A stretch of 64,000 nt of DNA from Octopus vulgaris (taxonomy: Eukaryota), in NCBI GenBank assembly GCA_951406725.2, contig OX597828.1, positions 25,606,001-25,670,000 of the forward strand. Reading direction: 5' to 3'. The position numbers and the translations under genes are program-made. Below, piece by piece: positions 12,092-27,520 of the stretch; the stretch's first letter is position 1; the number at the start of each line of letters is the position of its first letter. Below the pieces are notes generated by a model that was not told the DNA's origin, ran no database searches, and saw nothing but the letters and a program-made list of their open reading frames with translations.

Positions 12092-12558
12092 CATACGTAC
12101 ACACACACACACACACTTACATAAATACATACAGACATAGATGCATATAAGTGTGTGTATTTGTGTGCATCTGTATGTATGTGTCTCTGTGCATGTGCTT
12201 GTGTACGAATGTGTATGTATGTGTGTGTGTGTGTGTGTGTATGTGTGTGTGTGTGTGTGTGCGTGTGCGTGCGTGTGTATGTTTAAGCGTGTGCGTTTGC
12301 GGGCATGATTGTTTGAAATAGAAGAATTTATCGTATATCAGTCAGTATTCCATTCGCTCTCTCAAAGTTATGAGCTGTTCTAAACTGTGGAATAGATAAC
12401 AGCGTCAAGAGAAATTCTTAACTCACAGAATCTCAATCCTTCGATAATGCGCACGACCATCTTCAGGAGAAATTTCCGAAGCAGCCAATTGCTGTATATA
12501 TTTATATACATACGTACGTACATGCTTACGTGTGTATGTATATATGCATGTATGTATG

Positions 12559-12760
12559 TAGGAGGACTTAAACAACATGCAAAGGTACATGAAGCCCAGT
12601 TACAACTACAGCCGGCTATTACCAGTAAAGGTTTTAGTTGCCAATTTTGTACAAGACATTGTAGATCTTGGTTGGACTAAAAAGTCACTTTCGATCACAG
12701 TACCAGTAACAGTTAAGCTTCGTGCAATGGCCATACTCGATAACGAAGGGGCAGCCATAA
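12559..12760 (+). mobile_element. RTE-like LINE 3' end with C2H2-type zinc finger
   Basis: GGLKQHAKVH....FSCQFCTRHCRS, then (frameshift) GLKSHFRS, followed by a short 3' UTR. Confidence 0.6.
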
Positions 12761-13571
12761 TGTATGTATGTATGTATGTATGTATGTATGTATGTATGTA
12801 TGTATGTATGTATGTATGTATGTATGCACAAACGAAAAAAAATTGATTATATATATTCCACAAATACAACAGGAAGACCTTTGCAGCTGTCGGACAAACT
12901 GAGTGAGATAATACAGATCTATAGTTAAGAGATGAGGAATTATGAACATTATTTACATTTTGACGGATTTTGTCCTCATCTTGTTTCGGCTGATTAAGTA
13001 ATCTTTCGGCTACCAAATAAACTTTATTTTTATTTACATATTTGCATTGCAAATAAATGTTGACTTTCTGTACTTTGTTACATTGGTGACGGATAGTAAT
13101 TTTTGATAAATTGGTGACTTTCCGACGCTGGAATATTTCTTTTGGAAATATTCCGTAAAAAAGTTTTTATAGCATAGCTATGCCACAGAAAGTATGTTTT
13201 GCACCTATATTGACGACATTTCGTTTCGCTTGAACTTTCGTTTACTGTTTTCAATATTATCAATTCTATGAGTGTGTATGTGTCTGTGAGAGTGTGTGTG
13301 CTCAATATAAGTATGAAGTAATCCTTCAGATTGATGTAAAATTGTTTGTATTATAAGCACTCTACTCAGACTCACGCACCCAAGGAAAACTTTCGCCTAA
13401 CAGACATTATATAAAGCCAAGATTAATTCTAATGCATCGCAGCCCTACGATGGTTTAACAGGTCGAAACTTCGAAGTCGCTGACAACAATAGTATTGTTT
13501 CAGGACATCACTGTGTCTGTCAGACTGTCTGCCTGTGTGTGTCTGCGTGTGTGTATGTGTGTGTGTATATA

Positions 13572-13790
13572 TACTCTTTTATTTGTTTCAGTCATTTGAC
13601 TGCGGCCATGCTGGAGCACCGCCTTTAGTCGAGCAAATCGACCCCGGGACTTATTCTTTGTAAGCCCAGTACTTATTCTATCGGTCTCTTTTGCCGAACC
13701 GCTAAGTGACGGGAACGTAAACACACCAGCATCGGTTGTCAAGCAATGCTTGGGGGACAAACACAGACACACAAACACAGACACACACAC
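13572..13790 (-). mobile_element. SINE family A, 5'-truncated
   Basis: Near-identical to the 3' half of 765-1194. Confidence 0.9.
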
Positions 13791-13940
13791 ATATATATAT
13801 ATATAATTCTTAGGCAAGAATATTATTGATAATGACTTCGAAGTTTCGGCCAGAGAACGTACTTAAACATACGTACACACATACCCAATATTGAGTTACT
13901 GATTAATGTTTCATTATCCGGTATGGCTAAATTTAAGGCC

Positions 13941-13987
<47 letters not shown>

Positions 13988-15626
13988 AAACATACACCCG
14001 TATAAATGTACGAAGAGCTTGGTAAAAATGAGTTTCGCTTGACTGAATCTGGAGTTGCTCCAGATCTACCAGACGAACATGACTTATTCAGACGATGTCC
14101 CAGTAGCAAGTTCGTCTATGATACTTCCACTCTCTACATAATTCTCTCTGTCTCTTTTTTCTTTCTTCCCCAGTGCTAATACGATCACACCCACAAGCAC
14201 ATACGCACATGCATACACATACGCCACCACGCCTGTGTACACTTGCACGCACACATCCACACACCTATACACACGTATTTGTCTCTTTGTATAAACACAC
14301 ACACACACACACACACAGATTTTCACAGCTTTACATTTTTGTTGGATTCTAGTTTGTTATGTGTTAGTTATCGTTAGTGATAACTAAACATGATTAATAT
14401 TACATTATGCACTGATAATTCTATTTGTGAAAATCGATATTTACGATGCTGTGAGAATCCTGAAAGACTAATGGCATTAAAGAATTTCAGTGAGATTTTT
14501 CTTGATTTCAATTTCCGCCTGGAACCATCATCCAGGAAGTTACACCGAAGTGTTTATATTTGTTGAGCTTTGCGTGTGTGTATGAGTGAGTGTGTAACAC
14601 CCCGATGTACTAATTATTTACGTGTATGTGTGTATTTGTAAATATGCGTGAAGGTCTAAATGTGTGTATGTATGCACAAAGTGCACCTGTGTGCGCGTGC
14701 ATGTGTGCACATGCATTTATGTTTTACTTTTTGAAATTCGTGTTTTTTTTCCTCTTTTTTTTTGTTGCTTTTCATTTTAGCATCTCTAATACCAAAGCTT
14801 TGAAAGTATTTTTTATTCTCTTCTTTAACTTACTATAATCAGTGACGACTTCTTATAAATTTAGTTATCACATGACACTATATCGTTTGTTAGGTCTTGT
14901 TAAAACACTAAAACACGATACCGTCTTTTGTATTCCGTTATAAAATACACAAATCTTTAAAAATAATATAAGATAATGTAAAGACGAATACAGTATATGA
15001 TGTTCATGCGTTTTCCATGGGAATATTAAAGATGTAATTGAAGAAAAAATATCCTCAACCGAGGATTGAAATTTCATCTCCTCTCTCACAGCTGGCTGCC
15101 TAAACTTTGCTTATCAGCTCCTGCAATGGTATAATGTATATTATAAATTATAGAATCCGGGCAGACTGTTGATGACTTTCTTCAGAAAAAAAAATGTTTA
15201 TTAGTTAGAAAGGAAAACTATTTAAGTCGTCATATCGTGATGGGTTTGTGAAGGGATTTATTCAACGTTTCAGACAAAGCGTCTTTCTTCAGAGAAGAGA
15301 GAAATGTTCGCTCTATCGGAAAAAACATGGGAAAATTTCTCTCATAGAATCTAGAGAAGACGCGACAAAGTTCTTTATGTTGTACAACATATACAAGTAT
15401 CACCTTCAGAAAGCATATGTATATATGTATTTATGTATGTATATATACGTCTACACTCACATCCAAACATACATACATACATACATGCATATATATAAAT
15501 ATATATATATACATGCGTATATATGCATATATCTGTACATGCATAGATGCATCGTACACAGGTACGCTTATGACTATACATATATACATAAGCTGATATA
15601 TACATGTATATATACACACATACACC

Positions 15627-15659
<33 letters not shown>

Positions 15660-15700
15660 GTCAGGCGTGGAGATGACGGTGGAGATGTGGATGTGAGGGA

Positions 15701-15842
15701 TGAGACGTGGCTGTGTGGTTAGTGGCTTGCTTCCCAACCACATGGTTCCGTGGGACCTTAGGTAAGTGTCCCCTCCTTTAGCCTCGGGCCGACCAAACAC
15801 TTGTGAGTGGATTTGGTAGACGAAAGCTGAAAGAAACTCATC

Positions 15843-15886
<44 letters not shown>

Positions 15887-16080
15887 CGCTCCCGCCACCA
15901 GCACATGACAACCGATGTCGGTGTGTTTACGTCCCCGTAACCTAGCGGTTCAGCAAAAGAATAAGAACTAAGTTTGCAAAGAATAAGTCCTTGAGTCGAT
16001 TTCTTTGACAAAAGGAGGTGCTCCATCATGGCCACAGTCAACTGACTAAAACAAGTAAAAGAATAACAGAATAAAAGAAT
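15701..16080 (+). mobile_element. SINE family A, diverged
   Basis: GTGGCTGTGTGGTTAG head, internal (TA)(TG), and ATGGCCACAGTC..GACTAAAACAAGTAAAAG tail. Confidence 0.85.
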
Positions 16081-16889
16081 ATATATGTACATGCCTTCTG
16101 AACATGAGATTTCTCGCATTATGCATACGGACACACATACAGACATTCGCAGACCCAAATATGTTTGTGTCAACCGTATTTACAAAACACTGAACTCGTG
16201 TTACGTTGTTATTTCCCCCCCCCCCCCCCCCTTTACTCGAACGAATCAATTTCAATACTGATATTTATTCTATTAGTAGTTTTATTTGCCGAAACGCAAA
16301 GTTACGCAGCCACAAAGAAACCAACACCGGTTGTCAAGTGTTTGAAGGGAGAAACGAGGAGCACACACACACACACACGCACACACACACACATGCGTGT
16401 GTATGTGTATATATATACATATATATATGTATGTGTGTGTGGGTGGGTATGTATGTATGTATATATATATATATATATATATAACAATTTTAATTTAAAA
16501 GGAGGGTAAGAAATTAGATATTAATTTAATTAACATCGATTTCACACCAGTAGTCTAGCATATAAAAAAACTGAAGGTTCAGTAAAATTGTATTATATAC
16601 AAATGTTCTTAGTGGTAAGACCATAGCGGAACTATTTCTAGCATAAGGGTGTCCACATAGTGGTTTCCCTCTAATATGTATATATATATACACACACACA
16701 TACACACATATATATATATACATACATGCATGCATACATACATGCATACATACGTACATACATACATACATACATACATACATACATACATACATAATTC
16801 ATACATACATACATACATACATACATACATACATACATACATACATACATACATACATACATACATGCATACATACATACATACATTAC

Positions 16890-17047
16890 GGTCTTCCACA
16901 TGATTTCCCTCCAGCAAATTCACTCACAGGGTACTTCCTGGTCGGCCTGAGAGTATAGTACAAAACTGCTGCCGAAGTTGGCGTTCAGTGTGGGACGAAA
17001 CCCGAAAACACGAGGTTGTAAAGCAAACGTTTTAACCACACAACCAC
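16890..17047 (-). mobile_element. SINE family A, diverged 5' part
   Basis: Similarity to the head and left half. Confidence 0.55.
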
Positions 17048-17205
17048 TGGAAGAATATGATGGTCTGAGAGGAATTTATAAGATATAAAATACAATATAT
17101 AATGTATATAAAAAGAATCCATGTAATATTTAGTATCATGTTGGACATAGTGAAGTTGAAAACCACGTATATATAATGACTGTTAATGTACGTGGTGAGC
17201 TAGGG

Positions 17206-17266
<61 letters not shown>

Positions 17267-17325
17267 CGTGCGTGTTGTGTGTGTGTGTATGTATCTTTAT
17301 GTACATATATGCATATGAAAATGTA

Positions 17326-17393
<68 letters not shown>

Positions 17394-17467
17394 TAACGAG
17401 CGATATAATAAAAGGAATTAAAAGAAAGCAGGCAAACGCAGTGCAATCAGCCAAACACCAGGTGAAC

Positions 17468-17528
<61 letters not shown>

Positions 17529-18486
17529 TAACAATTCTTGATACAGGCAGACAAAACAAGGGCTCAGAATAAAAATAAAGCGACGGAAAAAAGAAACAAA
17601 AGTGGGTCAGAAAGGTAAAAGGGTGAAGAATGATAAACGATTGGGTAATAAATCTAACATTCTAGATAGAACCACGTGAAATGTGCCATGTTGATGTATG
17701 GAGGTTGGGTACATTACGTCTAAATCTATATAACGAACCAAAAGGCAGTACAGTTATGTTATTATATAAGTTCAGAGAAAACTGATGTCACCAAAAAGAT
17801 GGAAGGTAATTAAAATTACTCCTGTATAAAATTCAAATTATGCAATCGTGTACGTGACATTGACAAGTCGCAAAAGCGATGAAATACGCATCAGTCACCT
17901 CCGAGGCGATTTCATTTCGTCTTCTTCTGAAGTTTATAGTGTGTTTTTTTAATGCATTACGTCTAAAAAGCGATTTTTTTTCCAGGCGAAGAACTACATT
18001 ATGCATGTTATACACATCTAGATTTTTACCGCTGTATCTTTTACTCAACTCTTATTTCTATATGCTTTTTAGACTGACACATTATTGAGCGTCATAAGTG
18101 CACATACAGTATGTCGGAGTGAACAGGCGGTTTGGGGGTTTTCCACAACGAGACGCGTACAGCTATGTTGGGCCATAATGTTTATATAATTATGTGCACG
18201 ATGTGGGTCTGTTACAACACTAAAAACATACGCACACACCCCACCAGCAGTTACACCACCACCACACTAACAACACACACATTGACACACACTAACACAC
18301 ATTCGCAACACATACTCATACACACATACGCGCTCATACACACATATACACACGCGTGCATACACATACAAATGTGTATACCCACCATTCTACATACACA
18401 CACATTCGCATCTACACACTCATACAAATGCACATGAACACACATATACATATACACACCATTCTACACATATACACATACATACA

Positions 18487-18521
<35 letters not shown>

Positions 18522-18776
18522 AGAGAGAGGAATGAATACGGAAAAACAATATATAAGAAAAGCACCCGATCTATTAAGTTCATTGAACGGTGGGTCAGAA
18601 ACGTGCGAGGTACGACTTTGACATTTGTAAACAGAATAATAAAATAAAAGAGAAGGAAAGAATTGCATTGAATGTGAGTGTGTTTATTGTATATGTATTC
18701 ATAAAGTAATAAGTACTTTTCTCTCTCTCTCTCCCTCTCTCTCCCTCTCTCTCTCTCTATTTCTCTGTTTCTCTCT

Positions 18777-18881
<105 letters not shown>

Positions 18882-18900
18882 CATGTATTGTATTTATATT

Positions 18901-19458
18901 AAGGGCATTACTATACATAAATGCCTCACGCTAGGAGGGACTCTTAAAGTCAAAACTACCATAATAAAACACATTGTACCGAACGCGAGGGAATGCAACT
19001 CTCGAAGCGAGCCTTCTAAAACTAGATTCAGCTGCATATCATATGATTTCATAATTAGTGCACAGAATGCACTTTTTAATCGTCAGTACAAGCATAATCA
19101 AGACACATGAAAATGAACAAAATATCAACATACCAGATGAACACCAAATGCATCCAGCATAGTACATAGGATTGTTTACAATTATATATCTATGTAAGAG
19201 GCGGGCTTTTCGAATTGCACCTCGGTACACGTGTTTATCTAGAATATAATTCAGCACTGAATATATTCCAGTTTAAATTTACAATTGGAAAATAGGATAA
19301 AATATTTATAAGAATTTATCAAGTAGTTAGCGTGAAAAACCCCGTAAGAGAAAAATCCATCAATTATTCCTCTTAAATATATTTATTTATAAAAAGGGCA
19401 TTACTATACATAAATGCTTCACGTTAGGAGGGACTCTTAAAGTCAAAACTACCATAAT
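18901..19458. repeat. 65-bp direct repeat pair, 493 bp apart
   Basis: AAGGGCATTACTATACATAAATG..CAAAACTACCATAAT at 18901-18965 and 19394-19458. Confidence 0.85.
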
Positions 19459-20217
19459 CCTGAACAGTCCATTATCCTAAACAGGTCGTTCTCTCCCATA
19501 ACCTTCGCAGCCACCAGCGAAGGCCAGTCAGGGTTCCCCGTGCAGGATAGAATCCTCTCCCTTCGGTCCTTAGAAGTTCAAAACACAGTTCACAAAAATT
19601 CAAATTATAAAAGAGAAAAACAAAAAGAAAGTCTTAACAAAAAGGAAGAGAAAAATACAATAAACAATTCAATTCAGCGTTTCAAACATAAAGGACAGAA
19701 GAAGAGAGAGCGAGGGTTCAAAGCACAGCAAGAAGTTTTTGGGCCACACGGTACTCCCGGACTTCAACTGCAACACAGCTTCTCACAATTATTGTCTAAT
19801 TCCTCGAAATTATTTTTTAAAAAATCCCACGAAATTAAACGGGAACAGTTCTCACATTTAATTGAGAATAACACAATTCTCAAATTAAATTAAATTTGGT
19901 GGCGGGATACGCCTCCAAACAGCAATTCTTACAATTAAGTGAGAAAAACAAAATGCTCTACTGCAGGCAGACCAAAGCCCAGAATCCAGTGAGGACTGCT
20001 TGCTTGTACAAAAAATAAATCTCACAAACAACGAACCCTCACTGGACCCAAAAAGCAAAATGTCTCATCTTACAGTAGAGCCTCTTTCAGTAACAACTTT
20101 CGTCCGCCGCAGGGCAGCGGGGCGACTTCTACAGGTGAGTGAAGAAAACTAAACAACCGGAACCGGAAGCGAGCTTCTTACCACACAGCCACTCCTGTGC
20201 CTATGTACATATACATT

Positions 20218-20280
<63 letters not shown>

Positions 20281-20507
20281 ATGTATATGTATATATATGC
20301 ATGTATGCATGTATACAGACCCACACACACATACACTCACACACACTAGAGTACGTTTTAGATAAAACATGCATTAGCTATTTCACTTGTTTTTCTCAGC
20401 GGGATGAAATTCGCTTTATTAAACATGAGAAAAGGTTTCACATTATATTTAATATTTTACAAAATGCTGTGGAATGCATTATGATTAGATATACGCAGTC
20501 ACACACT

Positions 20508-20567
<60 letters not shown>

Positions 20568-20605
20568 TGTATGAATAAGTGTGTATGTACGAATGAATAT
20601 ATATG

Positions 20606-20819
20606 CTCTTTTTTTCTCTTTTACTTGTTTCAGTGATTATTTGACTGCGGCCATGCTGGAGCATCGCCTTTAGTCGAGCAAATCGACCCCAGGACTTACT
20701 CTTTGTAAGCCTAGTACTTATTCTATCGGTCTCTTTTGCTGAACCGCTAACTTACGGAGACCTAAACACACCACCATCGGTTGTCAAGCGAAGCTGGGAG
20801 GACAAACACAGACACACAA

Positions 20820-20896
<77 letters not shown>

Positions 20897-21057
20897 TACG
20901 ACGGGCTTCTGTCAGTTTCCGTCTACCAAATCCACTTACAAGGCTTTGATCGGCCCGAGGCTATAGTAGAAGACACTTGCCTAAGGTGCCACGCAGTGGA
21001 ACTGAACCCGGAACCATGCGGTTCGTAAGCAAGCTACTTACCACACAGCCACTCCTG
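20606..21057 (-). mobile_element. SINE family A, full length
   Basis: Matches 765-1194 end to end. Confidence 0.92.
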
Positions 21058-22469
21058 TATATATATATATATTCATTTATATATATATACCTATATATGT
21101 GTGTATATGTGTATATACACATGTATATGTCTAAACACACCCATATGCTGCACACAAAAGCACATACACACCCGCACACTCTCCCATATATAATATGTAT
21201 GCATGTGTGTGTGCGCGCACGTGTGTGTATGCGCATGCGTGTCTGCGTGCACGTAGGAGTGTGCAAAGGGACAGTGAACTTGACACACAATGATAAAGAT
21301 AAACGAGAAAGAGGGAGCGTGAGAGAGGAGACAGAGTAACAGAGAATGAGAGAGAAAGAGAGAGAGAGTGAAGAGAGAGAGAGAGTGTGGGGAGAGAAGC
21401 AGATGATTTTGTTGAGAAAACATTTTTTGTGGCTGATTTTAGTCGATTATGGCCTGAAGCAGGCATTTGACGACAAAGAGGATCTATTTCTATAGATATT
21501 TTCAAAAAAACGCTTGTCCATAGTTTTCCGCTGGTTTATGCCATCATTGGTTCTGAAGCAACACTTTAAGTAGAGAAAGGCTAAGAACACTTGATTCACA
21601 AGAAGGTGATGATTCATTCCATTGTTACTCAGATTTTCTCGCTATGTAGGATCGTGAGTGCAACACCCTAACCATTGGGTCATGCGCCTACTGGTTAGGC
21701 TGTTGCACTCAAGATCGCAAGAGCGTGGTTTCGATTCGCAGGCTAGCAGTGCGTTTTGTTCTTGAACAAAATATTTCATTTCACATTGCTCCCATCAATT
21801 AACTGTAAACAAGTAACCTTGCGATGCATTGGCGTACAAAAGTGCGATGGTGACTCAGGAGAATCAACCGAACGGAGGCCTCGCCAACCATATTTTGTAT
21901 TCAGCGATCAAGAGGATAAACAGTGCAACCCCTCGCGTTGTGAATCCCTATTCGTTTTGATTGGTTGTTCAGCTACGTCGAAAGTCAATCAAGAGTCGAT
22001 CAACAGTTTATTCAAGCGACAAGAAAATGATTGAAAGGAATTGATCATAGAATTGTTGGTACAGTAGTTAAATCGTTTTCCTTGGTGAACAGTGGTTAGG
22101 TAGAAGCAGTGCCTTTTTAAGGCATGAGTACACTGGAAAGTGGCTTGGAGTTCACACAAGTCTATGGCCCCAGTTCTCATCTACGTATGCTGTTGCTTGC
22201 TGTCAGTAAATATACCCTATAAGGTTCCGTACACTGATTTGCCCGGAGGCCTATAATGTTGCTAAGACTGCCTAAAATGGAAGGTTATGTATGCCATGGT
22301 GAAGGCAGTTGACACTGAGAGTTAAATCTGTGGACATTGTATATATATCTTTTACTTGGTCGTGTGGTCAAGAAACCGGAAGAAAGGTCGCTAATTTGGC
22401 CCGTAATCCTAACGATTATGCTAGCTCTTCACATTAGTACGGTTAAAAAAGGGTTTCAAAGTTTAATTT

Positions 22470-22632
22470 TAGGGGAGCAGTAAATCGATTAGATCGACTC
22501 CTATACTCAACAGGTATTTTATCGAACCCAAAAGGATAAAAGGGGCAAAGCTAACGTCAGGGAAGTTTGAAAACAGGACGTAAAGAACCGGAAGATATGC
22601 TGTTAAGCACCCACCCCCGCGGTGCACTAACG
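22470..22632 (-). mobile_element. SINE family D, diverged
   Basis: Ends CCAGCTCGCCGCCT, the reverse complement of the family D head. Confidence 0.65.
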
Positions 22633-23620
22633 ATTTTACCAGCTCGCCGCCTCTGGTACGGTTAATAATAACAGTGAATTGGAGTTGTAATATTTTTCAC
22701 CAAAGGTCTGCTCGAACAGAATCGACTCAGAGCCAAACAACATATAGTTTCTCTAATGGAAGATATTGGTTGATTAGACCGACGCCTGTATTTGAAGGTT
22801 TGTTTTTTATTTTACCGAAACAGAAGTATGGAAACCTCTGTTGACCTGAATCTGTAAATATAAATAATTACTTTAATGGCGGTAAAGAGCTTAAAAAGTG
22901 AATGGTGTCTAGTTAACTCCCTTTGCTCCATTTTACCTGTCATAATTCTGGAGTCAATGAAATAAGTAAGAATCAAGTAGGTATGATGTAGCTTGGAGTC
23001 TTTACACCAATGCTCATGGGGCAATCAATATTTGGTACCATTGCGGTAACTTGCTTACAACAAGTTCCTTGTAATTTAAGGGATGCTGTGCCTTAAATGA
23101 CTCTGAGAGCTCTGCTTCTATCCTTTGATAGGACAAAAGACACAGGCCAGAGTCACACGGACCATCTCGTCCCAGAGGTACAAATGAATTTGCGTAGGGC
23201 TACAACCACCAAAAGTATCGATGACCTTTCAAAACCATAAAGACTTGAAGGAAAGGCTTCCTCCTGAGAAACATATGATGTGGTGATGCAAAATCCGAGA
23301 CAAAGCTGCAGGGAAGCAGATATCCTACAGGAGAGAAGAAGAAAACAGTCCAGGGTCAAAAACAATAGAGAAATGTCGTCGATGGTCTATGCCTCGTTGT
23401 GAGCGAAGAACTTACATACAGATACATGTGGGACGGAATTGTTGGTGTCAATTAAACGTTGGAGATGAAAACTTCCAACCTGAAAGAGAACAATTTTTCA
23501 CAAAGCGGCTCCACCCAGTCGACTGTCCAATGGCAGCCTGTGACGAGAGGAACTTCTGTTGTTGTAGGAAACAAGGAGCTTTTATTAGTCATCTTGAAAT
23601 ACGTGATTCACACACACACA

Positions 23621-23687
<67 letters not shown>

Positions 23688-23843
23688 TCATACACGCACA
23701 CACGCATTCTCAAAAGCACAAATACCTACACAAGCGCATAAATATACTTAAATATACATACATATACATACACACTTGAATACAATGCATATAATTACAC
23801 ACCCGTCCATATAAGAATTATACAAGCATATATATATATATGC

Positions 23844-23927
<84 letters not shown>

Positions 23928-24062
23928 TATATAAATTCATGCATATTCATATGTGTGTGTATACATTCGTACAATTGTGCACTCACACACTCACACATAC
24001 ACACAAACTTGCAACGACATACATATATGAATTATACATACAATATTTATATGTATGTGTGA

Positions 24063-24155
<93 letters not shown>

Positions 24156-24744
24156 CACATGTGCGAATACACACACATATACGTGTATATAGCTACCCGG
24201 TATCTTATTTATATACACTAAATAACTCCACCGCATGAACCGGTGTATAATTTAATGCTTATTTCCCCATTTTGTGTTGCTGTTGACTCCATCTCTCGGC
24301 TGAATACAATCAGCATGTAAATACTTGCTGAGATGCATCCATAGAGGAACCGCTTTAGAAAGTCGTGCTCATACTTGCACAGTTTATATGCGTCTTCGTA
24401 TGTATCACTGTGTGTATGCATGTATGTATGTATGCATGTATGTATGTATGCATGTATGTATGTATGTATGTATGTATGTATGTATGTATGTATGTATGTA
24501 TGTATGTATCTCTGTATGTATGTGTGTATGTATGTATGTATGTATGTTTGTATGTATGTATGTATGCATATATGTATGCATGTATGTATGAATGTATGTA
24601 TGTATGTATGTATGTATGCATATATGTATGTATGAGTGTGTATGCGTGTGCGTGTATATAAATGAATATATGTATGTATGTATCAATCTGTGTGTTTGTG
24701 TGTATATATATATATATACTTACATACATATATTTACACACACA

Positions 24745-24791
<47 letters not shown>

Positions 24792-25099
24792 GCATGGTTT
24801 TATGTATGTTTATGGATGCTTGCATATTTCTATATGTAAATTTGTTTGTTTGTGTTTGTGTGTGTGTATGTGTATATTTGTTTGTGTGTTTGTATGTGTG
24901 TGTGTGTTTGTGTGTGTGTGCGTGTATGTGTGATGTCTGTATGTTATATCATGCACGCTACTGCTTCACATAATAACAGAGTAAATTCTGAAGGGGCTGG
25001 AGACAAATGTGTTCTCTAGAGCCACTGTAATACACACACGCACACACATACACACACTCAAATATATATACATACATATACATACATATATATATATAT

Positions 25100-25160
<61 letters not shown>

Positions 25161-25371
25161 TATATATAGCCAGAGATGAGGAGAGGGGGAGAGATGGGAT
25201 AGGGAAAGAGAAAGGTGAGAGGAAGGATAGGGAGAGAAAGGGGAGAGAGAGAGTGGAAAGGGAGAGAAGGAGAGGTAAATTGTGAGATGTAAAGGCAAGT
25301 ATTAACGCCACAGAAGTGTTAGCGACGAGAGGAAGACAGCGTGAATGATGGCAGGGAGCGCTTGCAAGCTG

Positions 25372-25372
25372 C

Positions 25373-25435
<63 letters not shown>

Positions 25436-25508
25436 TGATGATGATGATGATAATGATAATAATAATAACAATAATAATAATAATAACAACAACAACAACA
25501 ACAACAAC

Positions 25509-25564
<56 letters not shown>

Positions 25565-25597
25565 TAATAATAATAATAATAATAATAATAGTGATAG

Positions 25598-25634
<37 letters not shown>

Positions 25635-25812
25635 AATAATTCAAGGATTTGTTTGTGCGAAGGTGTATGATAATGACGCCGATGATGATGATGTCGATGA
25701 TGATGATGCCGATGATGATGATGATGATGTCGATGATGATGATGATGATGCCGATGATGATGATGATAATGGTGATGATAATAATCATGGTAATCATGGA
25801 TGACGACGTTGG

Positions 25813-25847
<35 letters not shown>

Positions 25848-25950
25848 TTAGTGATAAGAAAGATAATGGTGGTGACAATGACTACGACGACGACGAGGAC
25901 GACGAGGACGACGGCGACGGCGAGGACGGCGATGGCGATAATGATGATGA
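25372..25950. repeat. (AAT)n/(GAT)n/(AAC)n/(GAC)n trinucleotide mosaic
   Basis: Directly visible. Confidence 0.95.
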
Positions 25951-26099
25951 TAGGGCTGCATTCGTGAGCGAAAAGCAATGAAGCGTAAACTGCTTTTCAA
26001 TTCGTCTACTTGCAAACTCGCACTTCATATCAATATTGTATAATTTTTCTATCCTATTCATTTGCCTTTCAAAGATTTTTCACTCTGCACCTTATTGTT

Positions 26100-26156
<57 letters not shown>

Positions 26157-26735
26157 ATCTCTTTCCCTCTCTCTCTCTCCTTCTCTTTCTCTGTTACAAT
26201 ATTGTTCTTTCTACTATTGTTGTTGTTATGGCTTTTGTTGTAATGTTGATGCGGCTGTTATTTTTTTTCCCCGGTGCTCTAGCTATTGCAGCACCAGCAG
26301 CAGTAGCAGCAGTAGCAGCAGCAGTGGTAGTAGTAGTAGTAGTAGTAGTTTGTTGTTGTTGTTGTTGGTGGTGGTGGTGTTACTGTTTCTATTGTTGCAA
26401 ACAGCTTTATGGAATCATACAAAAGCTGGATGAATATTGAGGTCGGACAACGTCGAGACATTGTTGTGCCGTGCTCTGTAGTTTAGTATTTCGTAGCCGA
26501 GTGAGGTACAATATTCTGTAGTAGAGTTGAGTGTTATATGCTCTTCAGTAATACAGGGTGCTGTAGTGCAAACATAGTGTTCTAATGGATGGCACTGTAC
26601 GTTTTCTGTAGTGTTGTTTGTATTCCCTAGTGCACTGTAGTATCCTTTGTTGTGTTGTATAGCCAAGTGTTCTCTAGTGTAGTGTAGGTCTCTTTTTGGT
26701 AGTATTGTGTAGTGTTGTGTTGTGAAATATAGAGT

Positions 26736-26857
26736 GTGATCTCCAGGGATACAGGCATCCAGCAACGGGACCTCCGTAATACTATGATGGACCGTGGAGT
26801 CTGGCGTAACATAGTAAATTCCATTGTCTCGACCACGGTCGAACAATGATGATGATG
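26736..26857 (+). mobile_element. RTE-like LINE extreme 3' end
   Basis: VISRDTGIQQRDLRNTMMDRGVWRNIVNSIVSTTVEQ* followed by (TGA)n; same family as 56.5k. Confidence 0.8.
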
Positions 26858-27478
26858 TAGAGTGGAATGCTTTAGTGTATTACATTGTAATACTCTAGAC
26901 ACTCAAGTGTATTACTAACTTTGGACACTTACCGAAGACAACAAATATTGCTCTTAGATATACTATATATATATATATATATATATATAATACACACATG
27001 TAACACGAGGGTTTCTATCTGGTCGCTCGACCTGCTACAAATAGAAGCAAAGTTTTTCCCAAATTACTTCCTATCGCCTTGATTGATCGAACGATCAATC
27101 AAAAAATTGATTAGTTAGTTGGTTAAATGGCTAACTAATTGAGTAATAACAGTAAATGAAGTGAAAGGAAACCAGTGCGTGTGTTTATTATTGGCATAAT
27201 GACCCTCCCAAAATACAACAAAGCCTGTTGAAATACACGAGTTCACATCAACAATATTTTGAACGAAATACAAAAACAAAATATCCATTTAACAGCTAAT
27301 GACATACACAGCTTATGACATGTAAATTTGTGTGTTCGAGGTCGAACCCACAGGAGTAAACAAGAGAGACAGAAACAGGCAGAAACAAGGAAAGTGCCCT
27401 TGAATTTGAATACTATGCAAATATTCTTTTAAAAAAACTTTTCTTTTAATTTTTCCAAAATTTTATTGTTTTCCATAC

Positions 27479-27520
27479 TTACAGTTGAAAAAGTCTCAAT
27501 AACTGAAACCGGTACTGAAA
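27479..27520 (+). ncRNA. Minimal type I HHR, U3:A8 core variant
   Basis: CAG-TTGAAAA-AGT ctcaata ACT-GAAA-CCGG-TA-CTG, with palindromic ACCGGT stem III and GUA triplet. Confidence 0.55.

Noticed and set aside
12559-12700. C2H2 zinc-finger-like peptide as a host gene exon
   Set aside because: It is frameshifted, has no TGEKP linkers and is followed by a LINE-like 3' UTR, so it is better explained as an RTE C-terminus.
22050-23600. Unique-looking sequence as possible host exons
   Set aside because: There is no recognisable protein motif or convincing splice-bounded ORF, though it cannot be excluded without RNA data.
25319-25981. Poly-D/N/H/L ORFs here and at 330-717, 31257-31743, 46366-47197 and 49407-49898
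   Set aside because: They are trinucleotide microsatellites open in several frames on both strands.
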